Shown in pieces: positions 12,949 through 24,091 of a DNA stretch of 64,000 nucleotides (its first letter is position 1; each line of letters starts with the position of its first letter). The notes beneath the pieces are model-generated. The model did not search any database. It was not told where the DNA came from and saw nothing but the letters and a program-made list of their open reading frames with translations. Origin of the DNA: Octopus bimaculoides (lineage: Eukaryota); the NCBI RefSeq assembly GCF_001194135.2, contig NC_068981.1, positions 58,823,923 through 58,887,922 of the forward strand. Reading direction: 5' to 3'. The translations under genes were made by a program, and so were the position numbers.

Positions 12949-13899
12949 GATATATTGATAACAGAAACAAATAGAATTGTAATTTTTTGATATATGAAAA
13001 TATTAGTCAAGCTAGGCTTGCACAAGGGTATTCTTAGAACAACGATAAAAATGAATTTGCATCACAGAAATAATATCGATGGGCGGAAATGACTGTCGGT
13101 TTTTGCACATGCGCTGTAGGAAATACAAATAGCTGTGATAGATATGTAAAATTTTAAAACTGTAAATAAATAGATACACACACACTCACAAATGTTCTGA
13201 ATACTGAAAAAAGCAACAAAACACAAACAAACAAAAAAACTATACACATTCTAAGGGCTTAGACAAACCACATCTCGTACATACGCGGACACTCTCATAC
13301 ACACATGCACTCATGCCCACACAAACACACACAGAGGCATGCTTACACACATATGCTTCAAAGCAGATCTTATAGAATAAAGAAGGTAAGACGTAATAAT
13401 TATTGAAACAGCTTCCAAAATAAATTACACAAAGACACTAAATCACTACGGATATACGAAAAATGACCTTCACATCCGCAGTTAAAACAAAAAGATATGG
13501 ATAAAACGAGCAAAATCTTTTTCTTAAACAGCAAAACCAAAGCATAAACGTCAATACAACTTACTCAACAGAAAAATACTGTTGTCGGCAATAAGTTTAC
13601 ATACAGATGATTGAACAGAATGCTTAGCAAGACGACAAATACCCATTACACCGAAAGGCCATAAAACTAACTTTCTATCGGACTCCAAAAGCAGAATAAT
13701 CAATCAAACTCTATGCAAATACCAGGCTGTGCGAAAACAACATCCCAGACGACAGCAGCTCCAAAATTAAAGAAGCAGCAAGCTCAATACATTGAGCAAA
13801 TGCATTTTCGTTAAAAAAAAAACAAAAACACACACACACTATTATAAAAATGCTAAAGGTTACGATCAACAATTCAAAAGTAACAACACAAAAGTTGGC

Positions 13900-14905
13900 T
13901 ATAGCTGCGCATGAAATCAAACACATAACTTCTAATCCATGAGTAATTATATATCAAGCTATAGCCACAAACCCATAACCATACAGCTTTAAATAATACC
14001 ACTTAAAGGATCAAAGTTGTGACTATTAATTGGAAATTGTGACAAATCGACAAAAGCTATATCAAAGCAATAAACGAAGCGTTTAAAGCCACATTCTCAC
14101 GACACATAGACTTCTTCCTCAATGTTTACAGAAGGAATGAAACGTTTCTATCGAAGCGTTTCTATCGAACGTTTCTCTCCCTTTTAGGACTTAAAAAAAG
14201 AATAACACAAATAGAAATATAGACTGGCACAAATGGCACTCTAATACGGTCTCGTATACAATACAGAAATAATATAATAATTACACAACAAATTGCTTGC
14301 TCAACAGAAGAAACGAGGCAATGTTACACTGGAGAAGGCCGCCGAGCTGGCAGTGTTGTTAGCACGCCGGGCGAAATGCTTAGCGGTATTTCGTCTGATG
14401 TTACGTTCTGAGTTCAAATTTCGACGAGGTCGACTTTGCCTTTCATCCTTTCGGGGTCGATTAAATAAGTACCTGTTACGCATTGAAATCGATGTCATCA
14501 ACTTAATCCTTTTGTCTGTCCTTGTTTGTCCCTTCTATGTTTAGGCCCCTGTGGGCAATAAAGAAAGAAAATAAATATTACACTGGAGAGACCAGAACAG
14601 ATTAATTTTTAAAAATTGATTTGAACTGCAAACAAGGCGAACAAATGATGTCGCAACAACACCAGAAACAGCAATGAAGGGACAACAATGTCAATACTTA
14701 TGGGACAATAAACAGAATAACCAGCAAATTAGTTCACAGAAAACAATAAAAATTAAGAGACAGATTATCAAAAAACAATCACCTTGGGTATTTCAAATAT
14801 AAAGCAACAGTTTGACATACGTAGAAAGAATGACAATTTTAGTGAAACAGGATATTAAAGATGCAATCTGAAGGTAGATACAGGACAGCTACTGAACCGG
14901 CGACT
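13900..14905 (+). mobile_element. Penelope-like element GIY-YIG endonuclease remnants
   Basis: After removing the SINE: NII...CYTGETRTD...TTMSxYLWD...VERMTIL. A similar IIYQA...FK...KR fragment lies at 13940-14100. Heavily decayed. Confidence 0.55.
14336..14577 (+). mobile_element. tRNA-derived SINE (aaggcggcgagctggcagaatc family), full length
   Basis: Split A/B boxes TGGCAG...GTTCAAATT; 12-bp TSD TTACACTGGAGA at 14324-14335 and 14578-14589. Confidence 0.92.
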
Positions 14906-15166
14906 GAATAAACGATAAATAAATATACAACTTTAGCTAAACAGGATATGGCCTAGCAAAAGATATATGATTATGCAATCAACAATCCAAGTCAGAACGA
15001 CTGTTGAACGGGGCAATGGAAAACGATAAATAATTAAACAACAGCGAAACCGATCAATGAAAACATTAAACAGTGACAACATAAATTCGTTTCAATACAT
15101 ATTATGAAACAAGTGATATATATATATCTATATATATATGTATGTATATGCATGCATGTATATATG

Positions 15167-15206
<40 letters not shown>

Positions 15207-15290
15207 TATATATGTGCATATATATCTGTATATATATATGTATGTATACATATATATATGTACGTATATATATATATATACATATACATA

Positions 15291-15925
15291 CGACGGGGTA
15301 CCCAAAAGAAACCGGAATTTTGCAATACTATATTACTCACTTAGTTTTACATGTTTACACGTTTATTGCCTTCAAAGTATTCTCCATTTGAAGCAATGCC
15401 TCGGCCCAGAAACGTTTTCCACTGTTCGAAGCAGTGATGGAACTCTTGCGAAGTGATGCCTTCTAACGCCTCAGTCGTTTTTTTTTCTTAACCTCTCCCA
15501 CATCTGCAAAATGTTTTCTTTTAAGGACTTTTTTCATTCGGGAGAACAAAAAAGAAAAAGTTGCAGGGAGCAAGATCGGGTAAATAGGGGGGGGGGGAAG
15601 TAGGGTCATGCGATTTTTAGTCAAAAACTGTCTCACACTAAAGGCGGGGTGCGCCTATGCATTGACGTGATGAAACCATCACTCTCCACTTTGCCACTGG
15701 TCAGGGAGTTTTCGTCTCACTGCGTTTCGCAAACGCTTCAGAATTGCCAACTAAAATGTCTGGTTAACAGTTTGACCAGGAGGAACACATTCTGTGTAGA
15801 CAATTCCTTTCGCATCGATAAAACAAATCAGCATCGTCTTGACATTGGATTCACTTGACGCACTTTTGGGGGCGTGGTGACATTGAATGCTTCCATTGAC
15901 TTGATTGCTGCTTCGTTTCCGGGTC
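15291..15925 (-). mobile_element. mariner (irritans-like TIR) 3' half
   Basis: DPETKQQSSQWKH...TMLICFIDAKGIV...FHHVNA*AH...YLPDLAPCNFF. TIR after TA reads CGACGGGGTACCCAAAAG. Confidence 0.85.
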
Positions 15926-15939
15926 TATGAGACTTCCTA

Positions 15940-17000
15940 AGTTTCTCCCTGTAGGTATCGTTTTCTGATATCCTTTACCACTCTCTTTGTCAGTCATAAA
16001 TGTTTCTGTCTCTAATTCGCTGTCTCTTTCTTTTCCTTCCTTCTTTCGTACTCCTTCTTCCTTGCTAGTTGAAGGCGACGGTTCGTGCGTTCGCATTTCA
16101 TTTGATTTTTCATTTGGTTTTCCATTTTTATCTTTTCTTTCTTATTCTCTTCATTTGTCTTTCTTTTTTTCTCCTTGGGGCTTTTTGGTGGTGATTCTAA
16201 GTTCTTTTTTCTTTTCACCACCGTAAATGGCTCCTCCATTTTCTCTTCCTCCACGGCTGTACTCTCTTCTTCTTGAATTTCTTTTTCTATTATTTCCTCC
16301 TCGTGTTTCTGGGGACACTTGGCCTTCATGTGTCCCCTTACTCCACACAAAAAACATACCCTCCACAATAATCCTCAATCTAGTTTCATCCGGCAAAACC
16401 AGCTCTTCCACAATCTTATGGAGGTCTGGCAGACTTATATGGACTGTCACCTCTAGCCCGTATCCCCAATAGTTTACCTCCGTAGTTTTGGACATTTTCA
16501 AAATTTCTGCATCTTCCTCTGTATGGTAGAGTATGGCTACCACCAACCATGCTTCGTCAATTTCAGGGGGCACTCTACCTACCCTTACTCTGTCCGCACG
16601 TTTGCCACAGAAAGTAGGCAGTAGTGCTCACTCAGCTGATCTCAAGGCCACAGTGGAGTATTTCTTTGCTTCATTTTCGTTTACAAAGCGCATCTCCACC
16701 GTGCCGAATTTCCGTCCTCTGGTGTAGAACGTGGTACATTCCTTCACCTCTTTGAAACACTCCTCTACTGCTTCCGTCGCTGCTATTTCTACTTTCTTCG
16801 TTGCTATTTTAACGTTCTGTAGATAATAGTTCTTTTCTCGGTATTCTCAATAACTTCTTTGGGAGGCGTCAGCCTAAGACAGTCTTCCTCCTTTTTCAAC
16901 AAGTTATACTTCTTGAAATTCTTGTCTTTAACTTCTATTATGCAGTAGCTCCGCGGACAGGCTTTTGCCAGTCGCTGCAGCATAACTGCCCACTTGCACT
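15940..17000 (-). mobile_element. Tx1/L1-clade ORF1 (gag-like) remnant with CCHC knuckle
   Basis: SYAAAT start motif, RGRKFGTVEMRF, RVRVGRVPPEIDEAWL and CFLCGVRGHMKAKC, with few disablements. Confidence 0.75.
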
Positions 17001-17319
17001 GGTCTATTATTCATTATTTCACCCATGAATGGGGAAAACAAATAAAAAATTCAACAATTAACATTAACTTACATTAGTAAAAATCCATTTATTCTTCAGC
17101 GTTTGGTGACATGGATACCCAGAGAATCAATGCAGAACAAAATCATACCTTCATGTTTTGAAGGCTACTTTCCCCATTCCAAATCACTCAAAACAATGGC
17201 TCCTATATTTAGCTTAAAGTATTTTCGTGCAAACAAAGCCGTCAATAGAATAACATCAAAACAACAGCAAAAAAAAAAAAAAAAGAAATTGTAGATGAAT
17301 GTCTGTGTTTATCAACCAG

Positions 17320-17510
17320 CACCATTTGACAACCGGTGCTAGTTTGTTTACGCCTCCTTGACTTAGCGGTTCAGCATAAGAAAGCGATTAAATAAGTAGC
17401 AGATTTTAAGAAATAAGTATTGAGGTCGATTTGTTTGACTAAAACAGTCAAGTCAGTGCTCCAGCACGGCCGCAGTTCACTAATTGAAACAAGTAAAAAG
17501 TAAAAGGTTA
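17320..17510 (+). mobile_element. CORE-type SINE, 3' half
   Basis: ttgacaaccggtgct...gtgctccagcacggccgcag...gaaacaagtaaaaag; homologous to the reverse complement of 59445-59660. Confidence 0.75.
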
Positions 17511-18136
17511 CAAGTAATGGAAACAGATTGGATAGAATACTTAAATAGATTTTAATTAACTCTGACTTTTCACTCTTCGCAAAAAACTGAAAACCACTCC
17601 CCCCACCCCACCACCACCACCACCAACAACAACACCACCATCACCAACAACAACAATAACGACAACAAACAAACAAGCAAACAAAATTTGAATTAGAATA
17701 TTTTGTCAATAGAAATTCATCCTTATTACAGGTCAAGAGAAAATTAAGACCAATGTAATTAATTTCAGTATTACTGCATGCTAGGTTATATTGCAATAAA
17801 ACATATCAGTAATTAAGAACTTTTAATGCAGTTGTGTTTTGTAGAAAAACTAAAACAAACAGGGATATTTCACATTTAAAATGCGTCTAATGAAAAAGAA
17901 ATGGTCTTCTCCAAGTTGCATTATAAAATAAAGCTGTGGTTGTAAGAGGCACATGTCCAAGTGATACATCGAAATTTAAAGTTTTTTGAAATGATAAGTT
18001 GTGAGTTATAATCGTTAAGTTGATGAATCGAAAAAATGAAGATGAAGTTACTAATGGAACAATATCCGAAGTAGGTAAATTTATGGCGATTTTATTGACC
18101 TTTCAATGTATCCATCCATTATTATATATCCTTTCT

Positions 18137-19050
18137 AAGGTGGTGAGCTGGCAGGATCGTTTGCACCCCGGGTAAAATGCTGAGAAGCATTTCTTCTGGT
18201 TTTGCGTTTTGAGTTCAAATTCCATCGAGGACGACTTTGCCTTCAGGTTCTGAGTTCAAATTCCGCCGAGGTTAACTTTATCTTTCATTCTTTCGGAGTC
18301 GATAAAATAAGTACTAGTTGAGCACTAAAATTGCTGGTTTGTGTCAAAAATTTGAAACCATTATTATATATTGTCTGAAGGCGACGAGCTGGCAGAATCG
18401 TTAGCGCGTCGGACAAAATGCTTAGCGGCATTTCTTCTGGTTTTGCGTTCTGAGTTCAAATTCCACCGAGGACGACTTTGCTTTTCATCTTTTCAGGGTC
18501 GATGAAATGAGTACTAGTTGAGCACTGGTGTCGATGTAATTGACCAGACCCCCCACCCCGCAAAAAATTAAGGCCGCGTGCCTATAGTAGAAAGGATTAT
18601 TATAATTTGTCGGAAGGCGGCGAGCTGGCAGAATCGTTAGCACGCCGGGCGAAATGCTTAGCGGTATTTCGTCTGTCGTTACGTTCTGAGTTCAAATTCC
18701 GCCGAGGTCGACTTTGCCTTTCATCCTTTCGGGGTCGATAAATTAAGTACCAGTTACGCACTGGGTCGATGTAATCGACTCAATCCGTTCGTCTGTCCTT
18801 GTTTGTTCCCTCTATGTTTAGCCCCTTGTGGGCAATAAAGAAATGAGAATCTTTTGCACGTCGGACAGAATGTTTAACAGCATTTCTTCCAACTCCTTAC
18901 TTTCTGAGTTCAAATTCTGTCAAAGTCAACTTTGCCTTTCATTCTTTCAGAGTCGATAAAATAAGCACCTGTTGAGCATTGAGATTGATGTAATAAACTT
19001 ATGATTCTCCTGAAAATTTCTGGCATTGTGCCAAAATTATAAAGATTAAT
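18137..19050 (+). mobile_element. Head-to-tail array of four aaggcggcgagc-family SINEs
   Basis: Copies start at 18137, 18378, 18614 and 18846, each with gagttcaaatt...actttgc.tttcat.ctttc..ggtcgat. Confidence 0.92.
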
Positions 19051-21060
19051 TATATATATTGTCTAGACTAGTGGGAAAATTCGAACGAAATGTACCGGTT
19101 TTTTAAAGTGGATAAGCGTGCATATAATAATTTCTGGGGCTTAATTCATTGTTAACTGTCGGCAGGTGTTTTATGTTTATTTTATAAATACTCTTGCAAT
19201 AGAAACTTTAACACGTCACCTAAATTGAGGCTATTAATTTTTATATTTCGACAAATTATGGAAGAACGCATTCTCTGTAACAAACGAGTAATTATTGCTT
19301 TTATAGACGCGAGGCTGCATTTGTTATTTGTGCACACATCGGATTTCTGGAAATATATTAATGTTAAGGCTGTATGAATCTTACCCGGTCGCTGCAATAA
19401 ATATACGATGCTTCAGCCAGTTCAGTCGAAATTAAATATAAAACATCCGGCTATTTTCCAATCCGAATAACGTTAGACAGGGCCATGCCCTCTCATTTAT
19501 ATTATTAAATGTTGTCATCGATGCAATAATGATGAAAATTTTCAATTCCGAATGGGTTACACAGTTTGACCAGAATGGATATATCACCGATATATATTTG
19601 CTGACGGTAGTGCATTGTTTGCTGGCATAGTAAAGCGTAAGAGTTCCTGAGAAATATCCAAAATATAGTTTAAAAATACGTTCTTAATATCATTGGGGAT
19701 CAAACCAAAATATAAATGGTGCTTCGACCAATGTTATGTTAGATGGAACATAGTTAAAATAGTTACTGTATTTAGTTATATGCAGAGGAAAACAAAATTG
19801 CTGTACCACCAGATGTTAAAAATGGAAATCCATTTAGAATCTTCTGCCTTTGTTCATCTAAATTAGTTTGTTTGGAAACAATAGAATAACTCATTCCACA
19901 CTAAATAGTCTTTCGGCAAAGGTATTCCTTTTAAAAGACTTACAACAGATTCAAATCTTTCTGGAGCAATGCCCATAATTCGATACCACTCAACAATACT
20001 GGCAAGCACATGAGAAAAGGAATTTTAAATTTCTTCTATATGTCAATAACCTTGCATGTTTGATGCTAAAAGCTTACGTTCTCAACACAGAAATTTGAGT
20101 TGATCAAGACGCGAACTAGTTCTGTTTAACCGCTGTAATTTAGTCTCAAACGCTATCCGATCAACTTCAGGATTTATAAGGGTAAACAGTGAACAAATCA
20201 TCGGATATAAATCAATTCAATCAGTATTATAAATATTTGTTAACTTTATCCTGTATTAACATTAGTTTGCCGTTATGTCCTTCCTGACATCTTGTTAGCT
20301 TAACAATGTATCTACAGAAATGCTGTCAAAGTATTTGCTTTTCTTCACCACTAAACCTATTTGATAATATATAACTCACTTAACCGCAAATAAAACATTT
20401 CTGCTAAAAGCTTATTTCCAAATTTTTTGAAGCGGAAATTAACGGACACCTTAAAAAAAAGGGGGAAAAAGGAAAGAAATAAAAGAAAAAGGATAAATGT
20501 ATAATGATAGCAAATTTTTGTTGTTTACAACTAATTTCTGAAATAATGTGGTCGATTCTATTAACAACTTAACCGTGCTGGTATTTTCATTTTTTGAATT
20601 GGAACAATATCAGTTTTTACAAAGAAGGAAAGAATAATGGATTAGTTCGATTTTGATACGTCATTTGTTCTTATTTCATCGATACCGTTCCTAAAAAAGG
20701 CGATGTCGATTTCGGTAGACATAAATTCAGAATGTAAAAAAATATCAGGTGAAAGATTTAGATGAATATAGTCTGACGCTTATACTTTTTTTAAGTTTGC
20801 TGCTAATACAATAAATAAAACAAATAATAAAGATTCATTTTGATTTGATATAAAGCTATGCTTTGTATGAGAGGGCCATAATCTTTCCTGCGAATCTCTA
20901 ATACGGTATTTCTTTCGATAATGAAACAGAGATGCCATGAATTTACTTTTCATTGTTTAAAATTGATGATGAAAAAATATTTTGAAGTGCAGTGTCATGA
21001 AACAGTTTGAGTTGATTTCTTGGCTATTCTGTATCGAAATAAACTCTAATTGACCAAGCA

Positions 21061-21280
21061 AAGGCAGCAAGCTGGCAGAATCGTTAGCTCACCGGGCAAA
21101 ATGCTTAGCAGCATTTCGTCCGTCTTTACGTTCTGAGTTCAAATTCCACTGAGGTCGACTTTGCGTTTATCCTTACGGGGTCGATAAAATAAATAGCAGT
21201 TGAGCACAGGGGTCAACGTAATCAACTGCCCCCTCCCACAAATTTAAGGCCTTGTGCTTATAGTTGAAAGGATTATTATT
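21061..21280 (+). mobile_element. aaggcggcgagc-family SINE
   Basis: Full head, core and tail; homologous to the copy at 18378. Confidence 0.9.
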
Positions 21281-21289
21281 GGCCTAGAT

Positions 21290-21750
21290 GTGCTACCGAA
21301 GAACATTAACGCGTCGAGGTAAAATGTACAAGTATAGAAGCGCCACTAGGCGGACCTGTTTGAGGTGTGCGCAGAGCGTTGAAGCTGTACTAAACACATT
21401 TGTGTGATGCCAAAAACGTTGCTGACTTGTGGAGTCATGTGGAACAACTGTTGTAGTGTGTAGGAAGGACCCGCCTATCGGCCGAGTCCTTTGTTGCTGT
21501 ATCACTCATGACCCTCTTTTAATAAAGCTGGGCAGATAGATTTCCTCTGTCTGGTGGCTATAGAAAATAAGATTGCGTGGTGGTCAAGACTGAGAGGATT
21601 GCTGGAAGACACTTTCCTCTTCGGTGAAGACCTCATCAACTTTTTAAAGTTCAACTTGGATAGGAAAGAGAGGTTGGAAAGAGAAGTGCTCTCCTCTAGT
21701 GAATCGGCCAAAAGATGGGTGAGAATGGAGAAAATCTTGTGGTGCATGTG
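21290..21750 (+). mobile_element. Tx1/L1 ORF2 C-terminal remnant
   Basis: RTCLRCAQSVEAVLNTFV*C (decayed zinc finger)...LWSHVEQLL...IAWWSRLRGL...NFLKFNLDRKERLEREVL. Confidence 0.7.
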
Positions 21751-21859
21751 TTGCCAATATGAAACCTTTCGTCTTTGTTTTTATTCTTGAACACCTCAAC
21801 CATTGATGGGCTGTTTCCTGGTTTATATTGTTATTTTTGCTTCGGAGCATATACTAATG

Positions 21860-22150
21860 ATGCAGAAGCTTTTGTCTCCATCCGTCTTCCACTTATTCTT
21901 TGTCTTACATTTTCACCAGCAGCTTGATGAATTTAGCTCACTCGATAGCGGTTTTTTCCTCTTGTTCGCTTATTTCAAGGTTTATATTGAATTCAGTGGT
22001 ATATTTTTACATTATTTTTTGCTACTGTTGAACCTGTTGAAATATCCAAGCTTTTGTGAAACCTTGGTACATAATCTCCCCTATAGTTGTTTTATATGAT
22101 AAATCAAGTCTTGTCATTCTCCTGGCCCCTTTGCTTCTCTGCAGATACGG
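21860..22150 (-). mobile_element. R4/Dong-clade LINE fragment
   Basis: PYLQRSKGARRMTRLDLSYKTTIGRL resembles RLYLPRKEGGRGL, as seen in the 37327-37629 ORF. Confidence 0.5.
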
Positions 22151-22809
22151 ATGATCAATATCTGCTAAGATATTGTCGCTGCATGTGAATATCTTTTAGA
22201 CGTTTGTGTGTATCAGTTTAATTTCGTTTATGTTGTAGTTTATGATGCTAAAGCTGTAAGTTACAACTGAGACTGCTGAGTGTTTACGGCGTTTATTCTA
22301 GTTTTGGTATACAGCTCACTCTTTAGAATGGCTCTTACTCTCTTTCATTAATCTATCCAGAGCTATTTGTGGATGTCGTCCTAATCTAGGTTTTTGATTA
22401 CTGTGTCTGTGCCAAGGCTATGTAGGGCTCAAAGCTGCTCAGCTGTTGGGTTTTCCCCCCGAAGAAACGGAAACAGAAAGGTAGCAGCAGGCAACATAAG
22501 CGGCAGGGAAGGCCTCTAAAGTGTAAATGTGTGTTTATTGTGAGGGGAAGATCACGACTGCTGCCATTATTTTCAAAATTCTACCAATCTCCACTCCGAA
22601 GATAGCGAGGGCAAAAACACAAAGTTGCTTCGACGTCATCACCATCGACATGAGTGGCTTTGGAGGTAGACATCGAAAATCTGAAGGATCAGCTACAACC
22701 TAATAGACAAATGCAGCCAGAGGCTTTGAACAGCATTTCCAATCCATTATGTCGCAACGAGAAGAGCATGGAAGTTGTGAAAGAAACTTGAAAATGGTTT
22801 TTTTTTCTA

Positions 22810-23005
22810 TCTTTTACTTGTTTTTAGGCATCGCCCCGAAGTGATTAGTGAAACAAATCAATCCCAGTTCATATTTTTAAAGCCTGGTACTTTTTAATCG
22901 GTTTCTTTTGCTAAACTGCTAAATTACGGGGATGTAAATAAACCAACTTCGGTTGGCGAACAATGGGGAAGGACAAACGCAAAGTCACCCACACATAAAG
23001 ACAAC

Positions 23006-23082
<77 letters not shown>

Positions 23083-23235
23083 TGGGCTTCCACACTCTCT
23101 CCGCCTATTAAATTCACCCACCTGGCAATGGTCGGTCTGAGGCTATAGTAGCTTTTACTATCCAAGGTACCGCGTAGTAGGACTGAATCCAAACCACGTG
23201 GTTGCAAAGCGAGTTTCTTTATCACGCAACCATGT
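22810..23235 (-). mobile_element. CORE-type SINE with internal (CA)n
   Basis: Head at 23080-23235, (CA)n at 23010-23080 and 3' half at 22810-22980; same layout as the other copies. Confidence 0.75.
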
Positions 23236-23819
23236 CTGCGCTTGTTGACAGAAAGAAAGAGAGGTAGAACGCAAAACGGAGGGGAGAACAATAAAAGAAA
23301 AAAAGGTAAAAGGAAGGAGGAAACCCCCTAAAGAAAGCTGACTCTCTCCCACATTGCCTAAATTTCACGGCTCTCAGAAAGAATGTCAACCAAGCAAAAC
23401 ATATTGTGGTGGCTGGGGAGGGCGTAAAGGTTATACACCAAGAAAAATGATCCCAACGGATACGCTGTTGGCGATAACTGCACAAACGGTTTATTTACAG
23501 TCAATAGAACACTCTCCAGAGGGTGTGGGTTATTTCGTGGGTTGGCTAAAGCGAAGGGTGCTCATGCTTGGCTTCGAAAGATCAGTTATTGAATTCTCAC
23601 TTCGGTGAAAGAGTCAATTATTAAACTCTACCGGGAGATTGCTGTTGTAAGTTAAAAATGCTTGGAGTGAAATGTGTATGGAGGTGTGGGGTGGCTTGGT
23701 TTTCCCTAGGTGACAGTTTCCCAATCCTTTGTAGGTGAATGCTTTTGCTTTTGTTTACGTACACTGCATTTAATATTGCTTTCAAATTTTGGTACAAGAC
23801 CAGCAAGTTTTAGGAGAGC

Positions 23820-23971
23820 GGGTAAGTTGATTACGTCAATTCCATTAATGAATTACTACTTATTTTATCGTCCTGGAAAGGATGACAAGCAGAGCTGACC
23901 TCAGTGAAATTTGAACTCAGAATGTAAAGACGGATGAAATGCCGCTAAGCATTCGGCCAACTTGCCGCCTT
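23820..23971 (-). mobile_element. aaggcggcgagc-family SINE with internal deletion
   Basis: gaaatttgaactcagaatgtaaagacggatgaaatgccgctaagcatt...ttgccgcctt. Confidence 0.85.
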
Positions 23972-24091
23972 ATATTGTATCTAATATTCAAACTGTTTTC
24001 TTGTGTTGTATTTCTCACTTTTATGTACACTATATGTACACTCTATATGAAATGTTTTTATTTTAGCATTGTAGAGTAAAATCTCGTTGAA

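Noticed and set aside
19870-20330. Minus-strand reading VLASIVEWYRIMGIAPERFESVVSLLK, faintly like a hAT dimerisation domain
   Set aside because: Many stops and no diagnostic residues I can confirm; it needs an HMM search.
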